A DNA stretch of 56,995 nucleotides from an uncultured Verrucomicrobiales bacterium (lineage in GTDB: Bacteria; Verrucomicrobiota; Verrucomicrobiia; Verrucomicrobiales; DEV007): positions 1 to 56,995 of the forward strand of contig CALKOM010000024.1 in assembly GCA_938091905.1 (NCBI GenBank), in the 5' to 3' direction. The notes beneath the pieces are model-generated. The model did not search any database and was not told where the DNA came from. It saw only the letters and a list, made by a program, of their open reading frames with translations. Below are positions 20,984-29,259 of this stretch, one piece after another. Numbering within the stretch: position 1 is the first letter of the stretch; the number at the start of each line of letters is the position of its first letter. The position numbers and the translations under genes were made by a program.

Positions 20984-22482
20984 TTCTTGCTCTTCCAAAG
21001 TACGATCTTGTCGATGTCATTCTTGGCCGGTGAGCCTTCCGTGCTGCGACCGCGCTCGATATCTGAGGTGAGTTGTGCCAGTAACTTTGCCGCAATCTCA
21101 GGCTTGGATGCGTAGAGGTTGGTGGTTTCGCCAGGATCAGCTTCCATGTCATAGAGCTGAGCTTCCGGACTGCCCGCAGGAACTTTGTTCTCTCTTGGGG
21201 CGGTCCAACCACCAGAGCCACGGGCTAGCAGTAACTTCCATTTGTCCTGACGATAGGCAAAGCATCCGTCGATCGAATGATGGATGACGCCGACGCGCGA
21301 TGATATAATCGGCTCACCACGAAGGGCGGCTTTGAAACTGACGCTGTCCTCACCGGCTCCGTCTGGAACTTTGGCTCCGATGAGATCAGCGCACGTGGCC
21401 ATGAGGTCTGCTTGGCAAATTAGCTGATCAGACGTCGACTGGGGTTGGATGACTTTGGGCCACCGGGCAATGAAGGGAACGCGATGCCCGCCATCCCAGA
21501 GGTCGGCTTTCGATCCCCGGAGAAGGGCGCTGGGATAATGACCCTTCTTCTCAAGTTCATCAATTCCAGCAGCATTGGAACAGCCGTTGTCCGTTGTGAA
21601 GATCACGAGCGTGTTTTCACTAAACCCCGCGTCATCGATCGCCTGAACGATATCACCAACAATGGCGTCCGTTTGCATGACAAAGTCACCATACTTGCCA
21701 AGTGGGCTCTTACCTTGCCATTCTTTGGACGGCAAGATGGGTGTGTGTGGTGAGGTGAAGGCGACGTAGGCGAAGAAGGGTTTGGAGGCTTTCTGTCGGG
21801 AAATGAATTCCACAGCTTTCTTCCCGATCATGGGTAAGACGTCGATTGCTTCGAAATCAGGTTCGGCAGGGCCTTTGCGGTGGAAAGCCTTGGTCGCCGT
21901 GGCTTCCCCAACGAAGCGATCATTCTCGATGTAGATGTAGGGCGTCATGTCAAGAGAGGCTGAGATCCCATGAAAGTAGTCGAACCCGCGATCGACCGGA
22001 CCGTTCTTGACCTTACCTTTCCAGTCGATGTTCTTGGGGTGGTGGCCTTTGGTGCGGGTATCGTCTGTGAACGGCATGTCCAGCCCCAGATGCCATTTGC
22101 CGATTGCTCCCGTTGTGTAGCCCTGCTGTTTCAAGAATCCCGCAACGGTAAGACGATCTTTGGCGATCAAAGGTTCACCGAAGCCGTAGAGAACGCTTTT
22201 CTGGAGATGCGTTCGCCAGTTATAGCGTCCTGTCAGAATTGCGTAGCGTGTCGGCGTGCAGACAGACGACGTCGAGTGGGCATCCGTAAAGGTCATGCCT
22301 TGCTCAGCTAGCTTGTCGATGGCTGGCGTGGCGATCTTGCCTCTCTCAGGATTGAGGCATTGGGCATCGCCATAGCCGAAGTCATCGGCGAGGATGAAGA
22401 CAACGTTGGGATTCGAGGCGTCTTGAGCGCCCAAAACTGAAAGCAGTGTTAGATAGAGGGCGAGGTTTAGTAGTGGCTTCAT
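20980..22482 (-). CDS. Arylsulfatase, secreted
   Basis: Signal peptide, ILADDFGYGD, CTPTR, GKWHLG, GGHRVP. Confidence 0.95.
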   Translation of the reverse strand: MKPLLNLALYLTLLSVLGAQDASNPNVVFILADDFGYGDAQCLNPERGKIATPAIDKLAEQGMTFTDAHSTSSVCTPTRYAILTGRYNWRTHLQKSVLYGFGEPLIAKDRLTVAGFLKQQGYTTGAIGKWHLGLDMPFTDDTRTKGHHPKNIDWKGKVKNGPVDRGFDYFHGISASLDMTPYIYIENDRFVGEATATKAFHRKGPAEPDFEAIDVLPMIGKKAVEFISRQKASKPFFAYVAFTSPHTPILPSKEWQGKSPLGKYGDFVMQTDAIVGDIVQAIDDAGFSENTLVIFTTDNGCSNAAGIDELEKKGHYPSALLRGSKADLWDGGHRVPFIARWPKVIQPQSTSDQLICQADLMATCADLIGAKVPDGAGEDSVSFKAALRGEPIISSRVGVIHHSIDGCFAYRQDKWKLLLARGSGGWTAPRENKVPAGSPEAQLYDMEADPGETTNLYASKPEIAAKLLAQLTSDIERGRSTEGSPAKNDIDKIVLWKSKK

Positions 22483-22945
22483 GATTGGTTCAGCGGATGT
22501 TCTTTCAGAAGTTCCTTGGTTGACATGAACAGGAGGCGATCTGGGTTCGCATCGCGGATGGCTTTGACAGCGCTAGGCTGAATAGCCGCAGCGTTGTTGT
22601 CAAAGGTGTTGCGTACGAAGGTGAGAACCGAGGCTATTTCCTCATCATTCAACAGGCTCCCGAAAGGCGTCATCGGTAATTGGCCGTCGTGCCCCTTTCC
22701 GTTGATCTCTAATGGGCCAATGAGGCCATAGAGGGAGAGTTTGATCAGGCGATCCTGGTCGCCGTTGACTCAGGGGCTTTTCAGGATCGAGGGAAAGGCG
22801 GGATCAAAGCCCTTGCCGTCCGCTTGGTGAAAGTTGGTGCAATGGCCTTCCCGGAAATAGATTTCCTGGCCTTCAAGGAAGAGTGCCTTTCCATTCGCAG
22901 CGAGGTGAGCAGGCGCAGGCTTGGCCACGAATTCGTTGGCCGGAC
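22479..22945 (-). pseudogene. Remnant C-terminal cytochrome c domain (PVC-type heme-binding protein)
   Basis: Manual translation: ...EFVAKPAPAHLAANGKALFLEGQEIYFREGHCTNFHQADGKGFDPAFPSILKSP*VNGDQDRLIKLSLYGLIGPLEINGKGHDGQLPMTPFGSLLNDEEIASVLTFVRNTFDN. CxxCH is degraded to CTNFH (22841-22827), there is an in-frame TGA at 22772-22770 where Trp is usual, and no 5' part is present. Confidence 0.85.
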
Positions 22946-23872
22946 GGCTGGAGACGATTTTGTTGTGGCGTTCCTATAACTCCATGCGCTCCTAACGATC
23001 CATCCTTGGAGGCGAACTTACTAACTTGGCTGCACTCGCCTGAGGCCAACTTTGATGTAGCGACCGGCGTGTGGGCAGATTCCAGCGGCAAAGGTAACAA
23101 CGCCGTAGCTGCAACGGACATTGGTTACACCGCGGGGGAGCCCTCATCTGGGGATGCCTTTGGGCAATCAGTATCCACCTTGAAGTTTACTGCGGATGCG
23201 ATGGACTTGAAGATCGTCGCCTTATACAAACGCACGATGATCGGAACAAATGCCAGTATCGTTCGGCCTGTGGGCTTTGGCTCGTTGATCAATGGAGAAA
23301 TCGCAGACAACTTCAATCTAGGTACTGACCCCTCCATTCGGAAAGACAATGGCCCAATTGGTTCGGGCACCTACACTGTCGGACATCCGGACGATGCCTT
23401 CTCGATTCGGAGCGCACCAATGAATGAGTCTGGCCTGAATGAGTGGTTCAATGTCTCGGGAGAGCCTGTGCATGCGCTTGTTGATACTCAGGTCCCCTAC
23501 GTCACAGGCACCGACAACTTTTATTTGGGTGACCTGTGTGTGAGTGGTGACGCTGATATCGAGATTGCGCAGGTAGCCGTCTACACCATCGCACTGACTG
23601 AATCGCAGATCATGGGCTTGTCGGCCGGCGTTCTCGATAGGATTGACAATGGCATGACCGGTGGTGGCGGCACGGCAGAAATCACGGGCGTGTCTCGGAG
23701 TGCAGTAGGCGTATCGTTGGTATTGCCTGAAGGCACCACTTACGACATCGAGTATTCTCTCGACCTGATCAATTGGGATCTTATAGCCTACGACGTGACC
23801 GGATCCTACGATGACACAGACGTCACCCGCGCCGCTGCGGCGAATGGCTTTTACCGTGGAATCTTGAAGTGA
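22883..23872 (+). pseudogene. Probably 5'-truncated extracellular beta-rich (LamG/lectin-like) protein with Verrucomicrobia-type C-terminal domain
   Basis: From ~22990 it reads LLTWL...ATGVWADSSGKGNNA...DIEIAQVAVY..ALT, with C-terminal YDIEYSLDLINW...GFYRG. The first ~35 codons overlap the cytochrome remnant on the other strand and give no signal peptide. Confidence 0.55.
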
Positions 23873-23955
23873 TATTAAATTGAAGTCATGGAGTTTACTT
23901 CATGTGGAAAGCAACGCCTGGCGTTGCTTTCATTTTTTTAGAATCCAGAAATGTT

Positions 23956-26900
23956 ATGATTTCACAAGGTATGGGCCGGAAAGTGTTGGGGCTATGGCAC
24001 TTGGCGCTGGTGGCTGCTTGTTCGGGTCTGTCTCTAGCCAATCCGATTATTTCAGAATTTGCGGCTTCACCCGCAGAAGGTCTTGTCGATTCGGACGGCG
24101 ACGCCTCTGATTGGATTGAGCTGAGCAACCACGAGTCAGATTCGGTTGATTTGTCCGGCTATTATCTGTCCGATGATGTCGCGACACCAACCAAGTGGCA
24201 GTTCCCCGAGGGGGTCATGCTAAGTGCCGATGGCTATTTGCTAGTCTTTGCCTCAGGCAAGGATCGCGTCAGTCCGGTGGAGGAATTGCACACTAATTTC
24301 CGCCTAGCCAGCGGAGGCGAGTCTCTGGGGCTGTTCGCTCCTGATGGTGTCACCGTTGTTCACGAATATCAGCCAAGCTATCCCAGGCAATTTTCTGGGG
24401 TCAGCTACGGCATTAATGGCGATTCCGAGGGTTATTTCAACCACCCGTCTCCAGGAGAGGCCAACACGCCCTTGTCTTACATCGGCATTGTTGCGGATAC
24501 TCGGTTCAGCGTGGACCGAGGCTTCTTTGATGACCCTATTCAGGTCGATATCACGACGAGCACGGAAGGCGCTGCCATTTATTACACGACGGATGGAAGC
24601 AAGCCGGATCTTGGGACGATATTCTCGGGTCCTAACGGAACGCTTGTTGAAGGGCCAGTGGTTATTGATAAGACGACCGTCCTTCGAGCGGCAGCATTCA
24701 AGGATGACTTTCAACCTTCAAACACGGATACTCAGTCGTATATCTTCATTGAAGATGTGATCCGACAGCCGGATCAACCCGAAGGCGCACCCGAACGTTG
24801 GGGGACGCGAGTGACGGACTACGAGATGGATCCGAGAGTGGTCGATGATACCGCCTATTCGAAAGATCTGCGAAAGGGCTTTCAAGATATCCGAAGCATG
24901 TCGCTCGTCGTTGAATCCGATGACTTCTTCGGTAGAAGCGACGGTATCTATGCGAATCCGCAGCAAGATGGTCGCGAGTGGGAGCGTGAGATTTCGATGG
25001 AATTGATCAATCCTGATGGCAGCCCAGGATTTCAGATCGATTGTGGAATTCGCATTCATGGGAATGGGTCGCGAAGCCCGGGTGGTCAACCGAAGCACGG
25101 CTTTCGGGTGGAGTTTCGTGGAGACTATGGAGAGGGTACCTTAAAGTATCCGCTCTTTCCTGAATCTCCCGTGACGGAGTTTGATAATCTCATCCTACGT
25201 TCGCAGAATGCCCATGGCTGGACACGGAGTTCACAGATCTCAAATAACGTGGGCACCAGTGAACGTGAACAGTCGCAATACATTCGTGATAGCTTTGCTA
25301 GAGATTTGCACACGGCCATGGGACATCAAGGAGGTGAAGCCACGTTTGTTCATCTCTTCATCAATGGCTTATACTGGGGACTCTACAACCCGGTGGAGTA
25401 TCCCCGCGAGTTTCATGGCGAGCAACACTTCGGCGGCAGCCCGGAAGATTACGATTCGATTAATCGCAGGCCTGTTGCAAATGGTGGCAAAGGGTCTCAT
25501 GCGATTGACGGCACCAAAGACGCCTGGGCCGCTATGCAAGAGCTGGCGGACTCTGGTCTGGAAACGCCGGAGAAACTCGCTGCCATGCAAGAGCACATGG
25601 ATTTGGACAATCTCATCGACTACATGCTTGTCCACCAATACTTGGGAAGCCGGGACGGACCGGAAGTGTTTCACTCTAATAACATGCGCGCCCTCCGTCG
25701 TACTCGGGGGGAAACTCCAGGTCAGTGGCAATGTTATCTATGGGACATGGAGGCAAGTATGTTTGAAATTAATGTCACGCGAAACATCAATGTTGACGAC
25801 CCTGACACGTTGGTGAGGGTCTATACGAAACTTCGAGAGAATCCGGAGTTTCTCATGCGCTATGGCGATCACGTGCATCGTCATTTCTTCAATGATGGCA
25901 TCATGACACCTGGGCCGGCGGCGGCTTTGTGGGAGAAGCGCGCTAGAGAAATTTTTAATGCTATCGTTGGTGAATCGGCACGTTGGGGTGACTTTCGGCG
26001 GTCAAGTCGGCCCTTCACTAGGGACGCTGAATGGATGGACGAAAGGATGCGTTTGTTAAATGAATATTTCCCATCGCGGGCGCGGTTTCTTGTCAGGGAG
26101 TTTAAGGAAAACGGACTCTACCCAGAAACCATTGCTCCGCATTTCAACCAGCACGGCGGTGAAGTAGAGGCAGGTTTCATCCTCACCATGGAAGCGGGAA
26201 CGATCTTCTCGCCACAGCCTGGCAACTTCTACTACACCCTTGATGGGACGGACCCAAGGCTTCCAGGCGGTGGGCTCTCCGCGTCCGCTATTCTCAATGA
26301 AAGCGGCGTCGCACTCACCACCAGCACCACCGTTAAAGTCCGCTTGAGAGATGGTGATGCTTGGAGCGCTTTGAATGAGGCCTTCTTCTATGTCGATGCT
26401 CTACCCGCGAGTGGCGATAACATCGTTATCAGTGAGATTATGTATCATCCGGCAGAGGAATCTGATGCCGAGTATATCGAACTGCAGAATATGAGCGATC
26501 AACGTGTTCATCTACGGGGACTGCACTTACAAAGGGTGGGTGGCGAAGGCGTTGAGTTCAGTTTTGATCAATCAGAGCTGGCTCCGGGAGAAGTCTTGTT
26601 AGTGGTGAGAGACCCTGAAGCATTTGCTCGCGCTCACGGCGATGATGTCGCGCTCGAAGGCGTCTGGTCTGGTGGGTCTCTGAGCAACAACGGGGAAACC
26701 ATCACGTTGAAACACAACCGCACGACGTTATCGATAATCCACTACAATGATAGTAATTCATGGCCAGTGGAGGCGGATGGCCAAGGCATGAGCCTGACAC
26801 GAAACGGTTCTGAATGGCAGGCTTCAGTGCCGTCTCCTGGAGTGACAACCCCTTCGCAAGGGCCACCGCCCGAGACCTTCAGGATCTCGTCGATCACGCG

Positions 26901-27090
26901 AACGGAGGGAATGGTTCTCATACAATGGCCAATGGTGGAAGGGGCGACGGATCAGGTAGAGTTTAGTCAGACGCTCGACGGCATTTGGGAAGTAAGAGAG
27001 ATGCTTTCTTCTAGTGAAGGACTTTTCGAAGAGGCTATTGGTCGTTCCGGAGACGGCTTCTATAGAGTGGTTCGAACCCCGACACCGTGA
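23956..27090 (+). CDS. Secreted lamin-tail domain / CotH kinase family protein (paralogue of 12614..15931)
   Basis: Signal peptide; ISEFAA..DWIELSN; VADTRFSVDRGFF; HLFINGLYWGLYN; LWDME; AIVGESARWGD; ISEIMYHP. Start at 23956 or 23971. Confidence 0.9.
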   Translation: MISQGMGRKVLGLWHLALVAACSGLSLANPIISEFAASPAEGLVDSDGDASDWIELSNHESDSVDLSGYYLSDDVATPTKWQFPEGVMLSADGYLLVFASGKDRVSPVEELHTNFRLASGGESLGLFAPDGVTVVHEYQPSYPRQFSGVSYGINGDSEGYFNHPSPGEANTPLSYIGIVADTRFSVDRGFFDDPIQVDITTSTEGAAIYYTTDGSKPDLGTIFSGPNGTLVEGPVVIDKTTVLRAAAFKDDFQPSNTDTQSYIFIEDVIRQPDQPEGAPERWGTRVTDYEMDPRVVDDTAYSKDLRKGFQDIRSMSLVVESDDFFGRSDGIYANPQQDGREWEREISMELINPDGSPGFQIDCGIRIHGNGSRSPGGQPKHGFRVEFRGDYGEGTLKYPLFPESPVTEFDNLILRSQNAHGWTRSSQISNNVGTSEREQSQYIRDSFARDLHTAMGHQGGEATFVHLFINGLYWGLYNPVEYPREFHGEQHFGGSPEDYDSINRRPVANGGKGSHAIDGTKDAWAAMQELADSGLETPEKLAAMQEHMDLDNLIDYMLVHQYLGSRDGPEVFHSNNMRALRRTRGETPGQWQCYLWDMEASMFEINVTRNINVDDPDTLVRVYTKLRENPEFLMRYGDHVHRHFFNDGIMTPGPAAALWEKRAREIFNAIVGESARWGDFRRSSRPFTRDAEWMDERMRLLNEYFPSRARFLVREFKENGLYPETIAPHFNQHGGEVEAGFILTMEAGTIFSPQPGNFYYTLDGTDPRLPGGGLSASAILNESGVALTTSTTVKVRLRDGDAWSALNEAFFYVDALPASGDNIVISEIMYHPAEESDAEYIELQNMSDQRVHLRGLHLQRVGGEGVEFSFDQSELAPGEVLLVVRDPEAFARAHGDDVALEGVWSGGSLSNNGETITLKHNRTTLSIIHYNDSNSWPVEADGQGMSLTRNGSEWQASVPSPGVTTPSQGPPPETFRISSITRTEGMVLIQWPMVEGATDQVEFSQTLDGIWEVREMLSSSEGLFEEAIGRSGDGFYRVVRTPTP

Positions 27091-27436
27091 TCACCTACGT
27101 AGAATCTTGAAGCAACTCACGACATCTGTTGGAATCGAGGAAAGTGATGTTTTCTAAAATCGTTCACTGATCACAGGCCCGTTTTGAGAACTGACCGTTC
27201 CAGTGTCATGAAATTACCCTCAAGTCGAACTATTGTATTGATAGGATCATGTGTCTGACTCAGGGCAGCCTGGGCACAAATGTCGAAACAACCCTGCTGA
27301 TATAGCCTCTGAGCCCTAACTCCCTCAGACTCTTCGTTTAAGTGACTATGAGGCTCCCTTTTTTAAGTGAGTATCTGTTGCGGATTCCTCACCGAAACTT
27401 CGCATGATTCATTAGCCCGACTAGACTCGTCCCGCC

Positions 27437-29158
27437 ATGTTTGCTGCCCTCGCTTTCAGAATCCACCGGTTTCAGCAATCACGGCTCGCCTACGTTCTGA
27501 GTTTCCTACTTATCACGCTCCAACGGTCACCGGTCATTACGTATTTGGCGAAGTTCCAACAGATGCTCGGCAAGCCGATCGTTCAAGTCGCTCGGGTAGG
27601 AGTGCCATTGGTAGCCTACATTGGTGGAACGCACGCGGTGACCGGTGCGACTGGGGTGATTCCTGCTGGCGGTTCCGCCAATCCTGCGGAAGCTGTAGTT
27701 GGTGAGAGCTTTGTGTGGGTCTTTCGTGCCACCGGCAATGACGTGCATGCGAACTCGTATTCAGTGAATGGTTTACCCGCAGGTATGGAGAAATCCCAAC
27801 AAATACTCAATGGCGGTGTGAGTAGCTTCGCCGGCGTGCCAGAGGAAGTCGGGACTTTCGCCGTGGAGATCATTGCTTGGCGTCGGGAGAATCAGAGAGG
27901 AACGAGAACTCCCGCCTATGAGCTCACCTTAAATGTTGTTCCAGGAGACCCGCCGACCATTGCCGCACAACCAGAGGGCGGCGTGTTTGATCTCGGTGCT
28001 GATGTAAGACTCGGAGTCACAGCTGAAGGTCATGGGCTTCACTATCGCTGGCACAGGGATGATGAGAAAATTTCGAGCACAGTTAAAGCTTGGATTGATG
28101 AAAATACCGCTCGGCGCGTTCTCGTGCCGACTGAAGATCTGGGGCGGAGTTGGCGTAGTGATCTTGAGTTCGATGACAGCGCGTGGTTGTCCGGTTCTGG
28201 AGGCATTGGTTATGAACGTTCCACCGATGACATTTTAGCCCCATTTATTGGCATTGATGTGGAATCAGAGGCGTTCAATAAACGCACGTCGACGATGGTG
28301 CGCATTCCATTTGAACTGAGTGAGGATGACCTTGATCGGCTTAACGATCTCAAGCTGCGTGTCCAGTATGACGATGGTTTCATCGCCTTCCTGAACGGCA
28401 GTTCCGTTGCTAGTGTGAATGCGCCTTCGTCGCTCTTTCTTTCCTGGAATTCGAAAGCCACTGATAGTCACGGTGATGCTGCAGCAGTCGAGTTTGTGGA
28501 AATCGATCTCAGTGAGCACGTGGATTCGTTGAAAATCGGACCGAACTTGCTGGCCATTCAGGCGCTCAATGAATCTGCAAATAGCTCCGGCTATTTGCTC
28601 AACGTGGAATTGTTAGGTGGTCGTAATGTGGATAGTCCTGTTCTTGAGCTCACTGATCTCACAGAGGCGGATACGGGAGGCTATACGGTTGAGGTCTCAA
28701 ATAGTTCCGGGAGTCTGGTCAGTGAAACGGCAAAGATTGCCATTAGTGGGTCAGGTGCCTCGGGCTATATCGCTTGGATGGAACGGCATTGGCCAGACGC
28801 CCCGAACATCGAAGCGACTGCCGAGGCTCAAGATCCAGACGCTGATGGTCTTATCAACCTCTTTGAGTATTACTATGATAGTAATCCGCTGAAGGCTGAT
28901 TCTTCGGCTGCGCCTACCGCTGTCATGAAGCGCATCGGTAAGGGCAAACAGGTCGTTGTGAGATTCCCGTCAGGCGTGGCAACGGACTACGCTCCGATCT
29001 ACGAAATCAGTAATGATTTGCAGGCGGACACGTGGCAAGTTCTTGAGAACGGTATCGATGGTGTGGAAATCGAAAGTAGCGACCTGAAATCAATTATTCG
29101 GCTTCCAGTGAACGAAACGAGCCGCTATATAAGGCTAAGGCTTCAATTGAGCCAGTGA
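27437..29158 (+). CDS. Extracellular Ig-like / beta-sandwich domain protein
   Basis: GLPAG putative-Ig motif, PPTIAAQP...LHYRWH...DTGGYTVEVSNSSG (Ig fold) with an inserted YDDGFIAFLNG domain, and DPDADGLINLFEY acidic motif. Start uncertain. Confidence 0.8.
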   Translation: MFAALAFRIHRFQQSRLAYVLSFLLITLQRSPVITYLAKFQQMLGKPIVQVARVGVPLVAYIGGTHAVTGATGVIPAGGSANPAEAVVGESFVWVFRATGNDVHANSYSVNGLPAGMEKSQQILNGGVSSFAGVPEEVGTFAVEIIAWRRENQRGTRTPAYELTLNVVPGDPPTIAAQPEGGVFDLGADVRLGVTAEGHGLHYRWHRDDEKISSTVKAWIDENTARRVLVPTEDLGRSWRSDLEFDDSAWLSGSGGIGYERSTDDILAPFIGIDVESEAFNKRTSTMVRIPFELSEDDLDRLNDLKLRVQYDDGFIAFLNGSSVASVNAPSSLFLSWNSKATDSHGDAAAVEFVEIDLSEHVDSLKIGPNLLAIQALNESANSSGYLLNVELLGGRNVDSPVLELTDLTEADTGGYTVEVSNSSGSLVSETAKIAISGSGASGYIAWMERHWPDAPNIEATAEAQDPDADGLINLFEYYYDSNPLKADSSAAPTAVMKRIGKGKQVVVRFPSGVATDYAPIYEISNDLQADTWQVLENGIDGVEIESSDLKSIIRLPVNETSRYIRLRLQLSQ

Positions 29159-29259
29159 ACTTCAAGGTCTTATGAAGGCAGGGACTACCGCCATCATCCT
29201 GTTGAGACAATGCTTCGAGCCCTATTCACCCACACATTCTGCTAATTACCTCTATTGAT

